Shown: positions 29,213 to 38,632, counted from the stretch's first letter. The stretch: 64,000 nt of DNA from Candidatus Tepidifontimicrobium thermophilum (GCA_031459915.1 JAVKHO010000010.1:32001-96000); one strand, 5' to 3'. Notes: generated by a model from the letters alone, not told the origin. Numbers and translations: made by a program.

Positions 29213-29968
29213 ATGGAGTTCCAGGATCGCGTGGCGCTGGTCACGGGCGGGGCGAGCGGCATCGGTCGGGCAACCTGCCTGGCCCTGGCCGCTCGAGGGG
29301 CGCGGGTGGCGGTGGCGGACATCAACGCGCAGGGTGCCGAACAGGTGGCCGAGGAGATCCGACGCCAGGACCGGGAAGCCCTGGCCGTGGGCATGGACGT
29401 CACGAACCGGGCCCACGTGGCCCAGGCGGTGCAGCAGGTCCTGGATCGCTGGGGCCGGGTGGACGTGCTCATTAACGCCGCGGGTTGGGATCGCATCGTT
29501 CCCTTCCTGGAGAGCACCGAGGACCTGTGGGACCGGGTGATCAACATCAACTTCCGCGGGGTGCTGAACACCTGTCACGTGGTCCTGCCCCACATGGTGC
29601 AGCGGGGCGGCGGGGTGGTGGTGAACATCAGCTCCGACGCGGGGCGCGTGGGCTCTTCAGGCGAGACCGTGTACTCGGGCGCCAAGGGGGCCGTGATCGC
29701 CTTCAGCAAGGCCCTGGCGCGGGAGGTGGCGCGCCACAACATCCGGGTGAACGTGGTGGCGCCGGGCATCACGGACACTCCCCTGCTGCAGCAGATCATC
29801 CAGGCGGGCAACGAGAAGCTCATCGACGCCATCGTCCGCAGCACCCCCCTGCGCCGCATGGCCCGGCCCGAGGAGGTGGCGGAGGCGGTGGTGTTCCTGG
29901 CCTCCGACCGGGCTTCGTTCATCACCGGCCAGACCCTGAGCGTCTCGGGCGGCCTCACCATGGTGTAG
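29213..29968 (+). CDS. SDR dehydrogenase, 2-hydroxycyclohexanecarboxyl-CoA dehydrogenase (BadH)-like
   Basis: TGGASGIG, NAAGWD, SSDAGRVGSSGE..YSGAKG, FITGQTLSVSGGLTM. Confidence 0.8.
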   Translation: MEFQDRVALVTGGASGIGRATCLALAARGARVAVADINAQGAEQVAEEIRRQDREALAVGMDVTNRAHVAQAVQQVLDRWGRVDVLINAAGWDRIVPFLESTEDLWDRVININFRGVLNTCHVVLPHMVQRGGGVVVNISSDAGRVGSSGETVYSGAKGAVIAFSKALAREVARHNIRVNVVAPGITDTPLLQQIIQAGNEKLIDAIVRSTPLRRMARPEEVAEAVVFLASDRASFITGQTLSVSGGLTMV

Positions 29969-29970
29969 CC

Positions 29971-30513
29971 GTGCGGTCCACAGAGGAGCTGGTCCGAGAC
30001 CACGAGGTGATCCTGGGCGTTCTGGACGGGCTGGAAGCGCGCCTGCGGGCCGTGCAGGCCGGCGGCAGCCTGGACCCCGGCTACGTCCGCGAGGCGGTGG
30101 CCTTCAGCCAGGGCTTCGTGGATCGCTGCCACCACGGCAAGGAGGAGCACTGCCTGTTCCCGTGCCTGGAGCGGCGGGGAGTGCCCCGGGAGGGCGGCCC
30201 CATCGGCGTGATGCTGGCCGAACACGAGACGGGGCGCCAGCTGGTCCGGAGGATCGCGGAAGCGGTGGACCGGTACGAGGCAGGCCGCGGAGACCTGGGG
30301 GAGGTGGTGGACCTGGCCTGGCAGTACGTGGAGCTGCTGCGGGCCCACATCGCGAAGGAGAACGAGGTCCTGTTCCCCATGGGGGAGGCGGTGCTGCACC
30401 CGTCCGATGACGCGGACGTGGGCCGCTGCTATGATGGGGTGGAACATCAGCAGGGAGCGGAGGAGCACCGACGGCTGACGCAGCTGGCCGCGCGCCTGAG
30501 CAGACCGTCGTAG
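29971..30513 (+). CDS. Hemerythrin/HHE-domain protein
   Basis: DH...CHHGKEE...EH...HIAKEN (H-HxxxE-H-HxxxE). Confidence 0.85.
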   Translation: MRSTEELVRDHEVILGVLDGLEARLRAVQAGGSLDPGYVREAVAFSQGFVDRCHHGKEEHCLFPCLERRGVPREGGPIGVMLAEHETGRQLVRRIAEAVDRYEAGRGDLGEVVDLAWQYVELLRAHIAKENEVLFPMGEAVLHPSDDADVGRCYDGVEHQQGAEEHRRLTQLAARLSRPS

Positions 30514-30539
30514 ACCCCAGCGCTGGCCTCCGGCCGCCG

Positions 30540-31142
30540 GTGGCGGCGCTGGAGGCGCAGCTGTCGCCGAAGCAGGAGCACCTGCTCCGCTGCACGTACC
30601 AGGTGCTGGCGGAGGGGGGCCTGCGGGGTCTTTCCCTGCAGCGGGTCGCGGATCGGGCGCAGGTCAGCAAGGGGATCCTGCTCTATTACTTCGGGACCAA
30701 GGAGAACCTGGTCCTGGCCACGCTGCGGTGGGTGCTGGCGCGGGTGGCCCGGCGCATCTACGCCGCGGTGCGGCGGGCCCGCACCCCCGAGGAGAAGATC
30801 CAGGCTACCATCGACGCCATCTTCGTGGATCCCAAAGCCAACCGGGACTTCTACCTCGTCTACACGGACCTGCTGAGCAGCGCCGCCCGGCAGCACCGGT
30901 TCCAGGAGCTGAGCGCTACCTTCCGGGGCATTGTGGACGCCGTGTACGGCCAGATCATCGAGGAGGGCGTGCGGGCAGGGGCCTTCCGGGTTCGGGACGT
31001 ACAGGAAGCCGCGGCGGTGATGCGGGCCCTGGTGGACGGTCTGTTCCTCCAGTGGCTGCAGGAGCCCGACCCTGAGGCCACCCACGCCCAGACCCGGGAG
31101 CGCTGTAAGCACGCCCTGTTCACCTACCTGCGGGGCTCCTGA
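30540..31142 (+). CDS. TetR family regulator
   Basis: SLQRVADRAQVSKGILLYYFGTKENL HTH. Confidence 0.92.
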   Translation: MAALEAQLSPKQEHLLRCTYQVLAEGGLRGLSLQRVADRAQVSKGILLYYFGTKENLVLATLRWVLARVARRIYAAVRRARTPEEKIQATIDAIFVDPKANRDFYLVYTDLLSSAARQHRFQELSATFRGIVDAVYGQIIEEGVRAGAFRVRDVQEAAAVMRALVDGLFLQWLQEPDPEATHAQTRERCKHALFTYLRGS

Positions 31143-31237
31143 CCGCGTGGGCGCTCGCCCTTGGGAATAGGGCCAGGCCCCGGACTGGTCCGTTTGCACC
31201 GGGTCGGCTGCGCTACCAAATCCGCGCAGGCTGGGCA

Positions 31238-31266
31238 TTGCGCGCGCCCCGTAGGGTCCTTAGCAT
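31238..31266 (+). promoter_or_regulatory. Putative promoter of iclR-like gene (TTGCGC-17-TAGCAT), probably leaderless
   Basis: -10 ends 8 nt before ATG 31275; no SD visible. Confidence 0.4.
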
Positions 31267-31274
31267 CGCGGCAA

Positions 31275-31940
31275 ATGCTGCTGACGGTGTTACGGGCGGG
31301 TGCGGTGCTGAGCCTGTTTGACGCCGCACACCCAGAGCGTACCCTGAGCGAGGTGGCAGAAGCGCTGGGGCTGCCGCGGTCCACGGTGCACGCCCTGCTT
31401 AAGACCCTGTGCGCGGCGGGACTGCTGCGCCGTACGCCCTCGCGACGGTACGCGTTGGGCACCCGGCTGCACGCGCTGTCCGCGGAGCTCCTGGCCACAG
31501 AGCCAGGGCTGGCGAACGCCGGCAAGCTGGTGGAGGATCTGGCGGCTACCTGGGGCGGGGTGGCGCGCCTCCTGGCGGTGGATCCCGCCTGGGGCCTAGT
31601 GGAGGTGCTGCGGGCCGAAGCTGCCGACGCCGACAGGCGGGTGCGGGTTACCCCGCACCGCTGCCAGGCGGTGGCGGACGCTGTGGCCGCGGGGGAAGGG
31701 GCACAGGGGTGCTGGACCGACGTGGAGGTCACACAGCCGGGGTGGTGCTGCGTGGCCGCAGTCCTGAGGGGAACGTTGGGGGCGCTGGTGCTGGAGCTGA
31801 CCCTCCCCGCGACACGCTTCTACGGGCACGCGGCGGCGGTGCGGGCGTCCGTGTTGTCCGCGTGTGGGTACCGCCTCGCCCAGGTGATCCCCCTGGTGCC
31901 CTGCCAGGCCTCCGCCCGGCGAACTCAGCTGGCTCGGTAG
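31275..31940 (+). CDS. IclR family regulator (divergent, short effector domain)
   Basis: TLSEVAEALGLPRSTVHALLKTL, RYALG, GWCCVAA. Confidence 0.75.
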   Translation: MLLTVLRAGAVLSLFDAAHPERTLSEVAEALGLPRSTVHALLKTLCAAGLLRRTPSRRYALGTRLHALSAELLATEPGLANAGKLVEDLAATWGGVARLLAVDPAWGLVEVLRAEAADADRRVRVTPHRCQAVADAVAAGEGAQGCWTDVEVTQPGWCCVAAVLRGTLGALVLELTLPATRFYGHAAAVRASVLSACGYRLAQVIPLVPCQASARRTQLAR

Positions 31941-32019
31941 ACCTCCCCCTTCGTCGCAGCGCACCGGGTCGCTCCGCTCTGGGGACCAGGGCCCAGACGC
32001 CCTCAGCCATCAGGAGACC

Positions 32020-32961
32020 TCAGACCGAGGGATCTGCGCCAGCTTCCAGTTGGCCTGTCTGAGGGAGGGACACGCGGACCAGCAGCACGGGACGCTGCCC
32101 GGCGGCTACCACCCGGGACGTCACGCTGCCCGCCCACAGGGCGCTCACCCCGGACCTCCCGTGGGTGGCCATCACGATGAGATCCACCCCCTGACGGGCC
32201 GCCGTCTCCAGGAGGGTCTGCACAGGCTCGCCCCGCTCCACCGCGGTGCGGGCGGCCACCCCGGCAGCGCGCACCCGGCCCGCCACCTGCTCCAGGTATC
32301 GACAGGCTTCCGTGGCCTCCACGTCCAGCAGCGCCGCGGCCGCGGTGGGCATCAGCTTCGCTGCGGCCCCGCGCTCACCGGGGATCGTCTGCACCGTGGG
32401 CACCACCCAGACGAAGAGCAGCTCGGCCCGGCAGGCCAGTCCGATGTGGGTCGCCGGGTTCACGGCCGTCTCCGACGCCTGACTGCCGTCGAGGGGCACC
32501 ATCAGGCGTCGGCACATGAACGCCGCCTGCCGGCCGTGGTCCGAGGGCGGCAGCAACAGGACCGGCACCTTGCCCCGCTGCAGCACTTGCTGCGCGACCC
32601 GTCCGTACAGAAGCCCGCGCAGCCCTCCCTGGCCGTGGCTGGTCATCACCACGAGGTCCGCGCCGGACGCCTCCGCGTGGCGGGCGATGGTGGCGGCCAC
32701 GCCCTCGACCTCCGAACACACCGCCACCTCCACCCGGACACCTCGAGCTGCCATCCACCCCGCGGCGTCCTGGAGGTAGACCCGCGCCTGTTCCTCCGTC
32801 CGGAGGTGTGGGTGTCCGTGTACGGTTGCAGGAGCACTGACCTCGAGGACGTGGAGCAGGGTCACCGGTGCGTCCAGCCGGCGGGCCAGCTCCGCGGCGG
32901 CCGGCAGCGCGGACTCTGCCAGACGCGACCCGTCGAGCGGGACCAGCAGCCGCCTGAACAC
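32020..32961 (-). CDS. Universal stress protein (tandem Usp domains)
   Basis: Two LVPLDGS...DLVVMTSHG/DLIVMATHGRSG repeats; GTG at 32961. Confidence 0.9.
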   Translation of the reverse strand: MFRRLLVPLDGSRLAESALPAAAELARRLDAPVTLLHVLEVSAPATVHGHPHLRTEEQARVYLQDAAGWMAARGVRVEVAVCSEVEGVAATIARHAEASGADLVVMTSHGQGGLRGLLYGRVAQQVLQRGKVPVLLLPPSDHGRQAAFMCRRLMVPLDGSQASETAVNPATHIGLACRAELLFVWVVPTVQTIPGERGAAAKLMPTAAAALLDVEATEACRYLEQVAGRVRAAGVAARTAVERGEPVQTLLETAARQGVDLIVMATHGRSGVSALWAGSVTSRVVAAGQRPVLLVRVSLPQTGQLEAGADPSV

Positions 32962-32963
32962 CG

Positions 32964-34292
32964 CTATCCTCCCACCGCCAGCCGGAACAACAGGAACGCG
33001 TTCAGGGCGATGATGAGAGCCGTCGCCACCCCGGCGAGGGCCGTCGTGAGAGGGTGGTTCGCCAGGGCCCCCATGATCTCCCGCCGGCTGGTGAAAGCCA
33101 CCAGGGGAACGAGGGCGAAGGGCAAACCGAAGCTGAGGACCACCTGGCTGATGACCAGGGTGCGGGTGGGATCCAGGCCCGCAGCGATGACGCCCAGCGC
33201 CGGGGCCATGGTCACCAGCCGGCGTACCCACACGGGGATCTGCCGGTGCAGGAAGCCCTGCATGATCACCTGCCCCGCCAGCGTCCCGACGGTGGACGAG
33301 GACAGCCCCGAGGCCAACAGGGAGATGGCGAACACCGCGCTGCTGGCCGGTCCCAGCAGGGGGGCGAGGGTCCGGTGCGCCTCCTCGATGCTGGCGATGT
33401 GGCTGAGTCCCGCGCGGTAGAAGGTGGAGGCGGCCATGATCAGGATGGCCGCATTGATCAGGCTCGCCAGCGTCATGGCGAGGATGACGTCGATGACCTC
33501 GTAGCGGTAAAGGCGCTGCGCCTGCTCCACGGTCCGAGGCACGATGCGGTGCTGGGTGAGGGCCGAGTGCAGGAAGACCACGTGGGGCATCACCGTCGCG
33601 CCGAGAATCCCCGTGGCCAGCAGCACGCTCTCCGTGCCCGCGAACCGGGGGATCACCGCTCCCCGCAGGACGGCGCCCCAGTCAGGTCGGTCCAGGATCG
33701 TCTCGACCACGTAGCAGGCGGCGATCACGCCCACGAACCCCGTGATCACCAGCTCCAGGGGGCGGTAACCCCGCTGCTCGAGGGCCAGGATCAGGAGGGT
33801 GATGACGCCGGTGACCAGGGCCGCGGGCATCAGCGGGATACCCAGCAGCAGGTACAGCCCTAAAGCCGCGCCGAGGAACTCCGCCAGGTCAGTGGCCATC
33901 GCCACCAACTCGCTGATGACCCACATGCCCCACACCACCGGACGCGGCAGGCGGTCCCGGCACATCTCTGCCAGGTTCCGCCCCGTGGCGATGCCAAGTT
34001 TCGCGGAAAGGCTCTGCACGAGCATTGCGGTGAGGTTGCTGCTGAACAGCACCCAAAGCAGGGTGTATCCGAAGGCAGCCCCGCCCTGGATGTTGGTGGC
34101 GAAGTTGCCGGGGTCCATGTAGGCCACGCTGGCCACGAACGCGGGGCCCAAAAACGGCAGGATCCGGGCCGGCCCCCGCCGGGCGGTCCGCCCCTCGAGG
34201 ACCTCCGCGGCGGTGCGCAGGATTCCGGTGTCCGCCGGGCGGGTACTGGCCTCGGCCGCTTCGGGGTCCGGTTGCCGAAAGTGAGGAGTCAT
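32964..34292 (-). CDS. mntH: Nramp divalent metal (Mn2+/Fe2+) transporter
   Basis: YMDPGN, GATVMPH, QVIMQGF, SQVVLS. Confidence 0.95.
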   Translation of the reverse strand: MTPHFRQPDPEAAEASTRPADTGILRTAAEVLEGRTARRGPARILPFLGPAFVASVAYMDPGNFATNIQGGAAFGYTLLWVLFSSNLTAMLVQSLSAKLGIATGRNLAEMCRDRLPRPVVWGMWVISELVAMATDLAEFLGAALGLYLLLGIPLMPAALVTGVITLLILALEQRGYRPLELVITGFVGVIAACYVVETILDRPDWGAVLRGAVIPRFAGTESVLLATGILGATVMPHVVFLHSALTQHRIVPRTVEQAQRLYRYEVIDVILAMTLASLINAAILIMAASTFYRAGLSHIASIEEAHRTLAPLLGPASSAVFAISLLASGLSSSTVGTLAGQVIMQGFLHRQIPVWVRRLVTMAPALGVIAAGLDPTRTLVISQVVLSFGLPFALVPLVAFTSRREIMGALANHPLTTALAGVATALIIALNAFLLFRLAVGG

Positions 34293-34690
34293 CCCCTGGG
34301 GATGGGCTCGCCGTGGGGGTCGGTGTCGGGATGGCCGAGCAGCTCGTCGAGCCGCCGCTCCAGGGAGTCGGAAAGGGCGTGCTCCAGGCGGTCCGCCTCC
34401 TCGTGGACCTCGCTGGGGTCCAGTCCCAGGACCCGGTTCAGGTACAGCTCCAGGAGGCGGTGCCGACGGACCACCGCACGGGCGGCCGCCCAGCCGGCTT
34501 CCGTGAGCTGTACGGCCCGGTGGGGGTCGCGGCGCACCAGGCCCTGGCGGGCTAGGCGCTTCATCATGTTGGTCACCGAGGGAGCCGAAACCTTCAGGCG
34601 TCCGGCGATCTGCCCCACGGTAGCGGCCCCGCCGGACTCCGAGAGGGCGTACAGCGCCTTCAGGTAGTCTTCCACTGCCCTGCGCTTCAC
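34289..34690 (-). CDS. mntR: DtxR/MntR metal-dependent repressor
   Basis: EDYLKALY, RRHRLLE, EEADRLEH, DPHGEPIP. Confidence 0.9.
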   Translation of the reverse strand: MKRRAVEDYLKALYALSESGGAATVGQIAGRLKVSAPSVTNMMKRLARQGLVRRDPHRAVQLTEAGWAAARAVVRRHRLLELYLNRVLGLDPSEVHEEADRLEHALSDSLERRLDELLGHPDTDPHGEPIPRG

Positions 34691-34694
34691 GTCC

Positions 34695-34708
34695 TTAACA
34701 TAGGCTAA
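34695..34708. promoter_or_regulatory. Putative MntR box overlapping the -10 of a leaderless mntR-mntH-usp transcript
   Basis: Imperfect palindrome TTAAC-ATAG-GCTAA in GC-rich DNA; on the minus strand TATGTT lies 6 nt before the GTG start. Confidence 0.6.
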
Positions 34709-34767
34709 AGGCCGCGGTCGGGTGCAACCGGGTGGGCACCCGATGCGTCGGCGCGTCCCGATGCCAG

Positions 34768-34817
34768 GGGGACAGGGCCCTGGGCACAGAGCCGAGGGGA
34801 CAGGGCCCAGGGGACAG
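34768..34817. repeat. Short tandem heptamer/14-mer repeat (GGGGACA GGGCCCW)n
   Basis: GGGGACA GGGCCCT GGGCACA GAGCCGA GGGGACA GGGCCCA GGGGACA. Confidence 0.7.
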
Positions 34818-34832
34818 CAGAGCTCGCGAGGT

Positions 34833-35798
34833 TCAGCCGGCCAGGTACGTCCCCTCGTCCGTACGGCGGACCCGGCCCCGCCGCTTCAGGTACTCGAGGT
34901 GGCTCAGGGTTTCCACCACCGCGAACCGCACGTTGTGGCTGTCCAGGTCCTCGCCGAACAGGGCCATGCATACCTGGTAGGCTGTCCGGGGGCCGTCCCT
35001 CAGGGTTTGCAGTACCGCCTGCAGCCGCTCCCGGTGGTGGTCCATCAGCTCTTGGACCCGCTCCGCGAACGTGTCGTAGGGGTCGCCGTGCCCGGGCAGG
35101 ACCCGGCGCACTGGAAGCGGCCGCAACGTAGCCAGGCTCCGGAGGAAGTCGTCCAGGGGGTCTTCGCTACCCCTGGGCCAGAGCCCGATGTTGGGGGTGA
35201 TCCTGGGCAACAGGTGGTCGCCCGCCAGCAGGATTCCGGACTCGGGGTCCAGCAGGCACACGTGGGCCGGCGCGTGCCCTGGGGTGACCAGGACCTGCCA
35301 CCTCCTGCCGCCCAGCTCCAGTGGGTCGTCGGCGCGCAGAGCTCGGGTGACCTCGGGCGGACGGGTGGGGGCCCACACGCGCTTTCCGGACCGAACCACC
35401 TCCTCCACGAGGGGGGCGGGCACGCCCGCCTGAGAGAACTGGCTCGCCAGTTCGTCCCAGGTGGCCGCTTCCGGCTGGTACGCACGGGCCGCCTCCAGTT
35501 CCCGGGGCTCCATCCAGACCTCGCAGGCCAGCTCTTCTGCCAGCTCCGCGGCCATGCCGAAGTGGTCCGGGTGCGCGTGGGTGACCAGCAGGACTTCGGG
35601 CCGCACGCCCGCGCGCCGCAGGGCCTCCCGCAGCAGTGCCCTCGCCTCCGGTACGGGGTAGCCCGCGTCCACCAGAACCGGCGTGCCCCCGTCCCCCAGC
35701 AGGTAGACGTTCACCCACCGCATGGGGAACGGGATGGGCAGACGCAGCCGGTGGACTCCCGGGGCGACCGCTTCCAGCTCCGGGCGGAACTCCGTCAT
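34833..35798 (-). CDS. MBL-fold metallo-hydrolase with C-terminal wHTH (possible acyl-CoA thioesterase/hydrolase)
   Basis: THAHPDHFG, TPGHAPAH, GDHLLPRITPN, PGHG. Confidence 0.85.
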   Translation of the reverse strand: MTEFRPELEAVAPGVHRLRLPIPFPMRWVNVYLLGDGGTPVLVDAGYPVPEARALLREALRRAGVRPEVLLVTHAHPDHFGMAAELAEELACEVWMEPRELEAARAYQPEAATWDELASQFSQAGVPAPLVEEVVRSGKRVWAPTRPPEVTRALRADDPLELGGRRWQVLVTPGHAPAHVCLLDPESGILLAGDHLLPRITPNIGLWPRGSEDPLDDFLRSLATLRPLPVRRVLPGHGDPYDTFAERVQELMDHHRERLQAVLQTLRDGPRTAYQVCMALFGEDLDSHNVRFAVVETLSHLEYLKRRGRVRRTDEGTYLAG

Positions 35799-36985
35799 GC
35801 CCGGCCGAAGGCCTCGTGCCCCGTGATCTCCCGGCCCACGATCAGGGTGTGGATGTCGTAGGTCCCTTCGTACGTGTCCACCGACTCCAGGTTCGCCGCG
35901 TGCCGGATGGCGTGGTACTCGGTGGTGATCCCGTACGCACCCAGCACCTGCCGGGCCTCCCGCGCCACCTCCAACGCCGCCCGCACGTTGTGGCGCTTGG
36001 CCAGGGACACCTGCGCGTAGTGCATGCGGCCCGCGTCCTTCAGCTGCCCCAGCCGGTAGGCGAGCAGCTGGCTCGTGGTGATCTTGGTGAGCATGTCCAC
36101 GAGCCGCTCCTGGGTGATCTGGGTGGCCGCGATGGGGCGGCCGAAGGCCACGCGGTCGCGGGCGTAGCTGAGCGCCTCCTCGAAGCACGCCACCGCAGCC
36201 CCCACCGCACCCCAGGCGATCCCGTACCGGGCCTGGGTGAGGCAGCCCAGGGCCTTGCCCAGACCCACGCCACCCGGAAGGGCCAGGTCGTCGGGGATCT
36301 CCACCTCGTCCAGCACGAGCTCGCTGGTGACGGAAGCCCGCATCGAGACCTTCGTGTGGATGTCGTGGGCGGAAAACCCGGGGGTGTCCGTGGGCACGAT
36401 GAAGCCCCGTACGGTGTCGTTCTCGTCCCTGGCCCACACGATGGCCAGGTGTGCGATGGAGCCGTTGGTGATCCACATCTTGGTGCCGGACAGCACCCAA
36501 CCGCGGGAGGTCCGCCGGGCGCGGGTGTTCATGGACGCGGGGTCGCTGCCCGCGGTGGGTTCCGTGAGCCCGAAGCAACCCACCAGCTCGCCCCGTGCCA
36601 GGCGCGGCAGGTACTGGCGGCGCTGCTCCTCCGAGCCGTACGCGTAGATGGGGTACATGACGAGAGCGCCCTGCACGCTGGCGAAGGACCGGATGCCGGA
36701 ATCCCCCCGCTCCAGCTCCTGCATCAACAGGCCGTAGGCGATGTTGTCCAGCCCTGCGCACCCGTACTCCTCCGGCAGGTTGGCGCCCAGCACCCCCAGC
36801 TCACCCAGTTTGGGCACCAGCTCCGTGGGGAAGCGGCCCTCCAGCCACCACCGGCCGATGTGGGGGAGGATTTCGCGGTCCACAAACCGGCGGACGGTGT
36901 CGCGGGCAGACCGCTGCACCTCCGTGAGCAGGTCCTCCACCGCGTAGAAGTCCGAGGGCGCTCGGTACGCCACCTGTTGGGCCAT
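35795..36985 (-). CDS. gcdH: Glutaryl-CoA dehydrogenase
   Basis: ELERGDSGIRSFASVQ..LVMYPI, FGLTEP, NLESVDTYEGTYDIH. Confidence 0.85.
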   Translation of the reverse strand: MAQQVAYRAPSDFYAVEDLLTEVQRSARDTVRRFVDREILPHIGRWWLEGRFPTELVPKLGELGVLGANLPEEYGCAGLDNIAYGLLMQELERGDSGIRSFASVQGALVMYPIYAYGSEEQRRQYLPRLARGELVGCFGLTEPTAGSDPASMNTRARRTSRGWVLSGTKMWITNGSIAHLAIVWARDENDTVRGFIVPTDTPGFSAHDIHTKVSMRASVTSELVLDEVEIPDDLALPGGVGLGKALGCLTQARYGIAWGAVGAAVACFEEALSYARDRVAFGRPIAATQITQERLVDMLTKITTSQLLAYRLGQLKDAGRMHYAQVSLAKRHNVRAALEVAREARQVLGAYGITTEYHAIRHAANLESVDTYEGTYDIHTLIVGREITGHEAFGRA

Positions 36986-36999
36986 GACGCCTCCCTCCC

Positions 37000-38586
37000 T
37001 TACGGGTGCGGCCACCGTCCCAGCCACCGCGCCCGGCGCAACAGCGGGGCCAGCCGGTACCGCTCCTCTCCATAGTAGTCCCGCAGGCCGTCCAGGACAC
37101 CCGCCACCGCCCGCACGCCGGCGCGCTCCGCCCAGGCAAACGGCCCGTAGGGGTGGTTCAGGCCCAACCGCATGCCCAGATCCACGTCCTGGGGGCTGGC
37201 CACGCCTTCACCTACTGCGAAGGCTGCCTCGTTGACCAGGGCGGCCAGAATTCTGGGGAACACCCCTCCCGGGGCGTCGCCCACGCGCAGCAGGGGAAGC
37301 CCCAGGGCCGCGAGGTAGGGGGTGGGATCGTTGCGGGCCCGCTCGTGGGCCGTCCACTCCAGCAGCTTCCGGTCCGCGAGCGGCGGCAGGGTGGCGTAGC
37401 CCGCCACCCGGTCCGGGTGCTGCACCCAGCCGGCGCACTCGCCCGCGGCGGCGTTGGTGCACGCCACCAGCAGCGCCGCGTCGTCGGGCAGGTGCCGGTC
37501 CAGGGCCGTCACCAGGGACCGCTTGCGGTCGCGGTCCTCCACCTCCGCCTCGAAGGCCGCGGCCACGTGAAGAGCTCGGTCGGGTGGGCCCGAGAGCTCT
37601 ACGACCTCGAACCCGCGCTCCCGAAGGCGTCCAGATAGCTCGCGGGCCAGGGCGGTGCTGCCGGCCACCGCGTACGGACCCGGGTGGGGCTGCGGGAGCG
37701 GCAGGGGCTGGGGCTCCGGGGCGGGCTTGGTGTAGTCGTAGAAGCCCCTTCCGGTTTTGCGGCCCAGCCTTCCCGACAGCACCATCTCCCGCTGCAGGGG
37801 GTGGGGACGGAAGCGGGACTCGCCCGCAAAGGCCTGGTGGAAGGACTGGGCCACCGCGTAGCCCACGTCGATCCCCACGAGATCCATGAGCTCGAAGGGC
37901 CCCATGCGGAACCCGCCGGCTTCCCGCGCGGCGCGGTCCACGGTGGCGCAGTCCGCCAGCCCCTCGCCCACCAGGCGCAGCCCCTCGCCGTAGAAGGGGC
38001 GGTTCACGCGGTTCACCACGAAGCCAGGGCTGTCCTTCGCCACGATGGCCGTCTTGCCCAGGGCGCGGGCGAAGGCCACCAGCCTCTCTACCACCTCCGG
38101 GGCGGTCTGCGGTGCCCGCACCACCTCCACCAGGGCCATCACGGGCGCAGGGTTGAAGAAGTGCAGCCCCGCCACCCGCTGGGGAAGTGCGGTCACCGCG
38201 GCCAGCTCGGCCACCGACAGAGAGGAGGTGTTGGTGGCGAGGATCGCGTGGGGCGCCACCGCCGCGAGCCGGGTGAACAGGTCCTTCTTCAAATTCAGGT
38301 CTTCCGGGGCGGCTTCCACCACCAGGTCGCAGCCCGTGAGGACCTCCAGGCTTTCCGCGGTCTGCAGCCGCTGGAGGGCCTGCGACCGCGCCTCGGGGTC
38401 CAGGCGGCCCCGCTGCACGAGGCGCTCGGTGTCCTGTTCGATCCGCTCCCGGGCTTTGGGCAGTACTTCTGGGAAGGCGTCGTACAGGACCACCGAAAAA
38501 CCGGAGGTGGCGCACACCTGGGCGATGCCGGCGCCCATGGTGCCCGCCCCACACACGCCCACCGTGCGGATGCCGTGTTCCCTCAA
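37000..38586 (-). CDS. paaH: 3-hydroxyacyl-CoA dehydrogenase (PaaH-like, long form)
   Basis: GAGTMGAGIA, ATNTSSL, HFFNPAP, GFVVNR, RMGPFELMDL; duplicated C-domain. Confidence 0.8.
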   Translation of the reverse strand: MREHGIRTVGVCGAGTMGAGIAQVCATSGFSVVLYDAFPEVLPKARERIEQDTERLVQRGRLDPEARSQALQRLQTAESLEVLTGCDLVVEAAPEDLNLKKDLFTRLAAVAPHAILATNTSSLSVAELAAVTALPQRVAGLHFFNPAPVMALVEVVRAPQTAPEVVERLVAFARALGKTAIVAKDSPGFVVNRVNRPFYGEGLRLVGEGLADCATVDRAAREAGGFRMGPFELMDLVGIDVGYAVAQSFHQAFAGESRFRPHPLQREMVLSGRLGRKTGRGFYDYTKPAPEPQPLPLPQPHPGPYAVAGSTALARELSGRLRERGFEVVELSGPPDRALHVAAAFEAEVEDRDRKRSLVTALDRHLPDDAALLVACTNAAAGECAGWVQHPDRVAGYATLPPLADRKLLEWTAHERARNDPTPYLAALGLPLLRVGDAPGGVFPRILAALVNEAAFAVGEGVASPQDVDLGMRLGLNHPYGPFAWAERAGVRAVAGVLDGLRDYYGEERYRLAPLLRRARWLGRWPHP

Positions 38587-38632
38587 CCGGCGCCTCCTCC
38601 ACTCCGTCCGCGCGGCCGTGCGAGCAAGCTGT

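Noticed and set aside
34768..34817. CRISPR array
   Set aside because: Units are 7/14 bp with no unique spacers, and there are no cas genes
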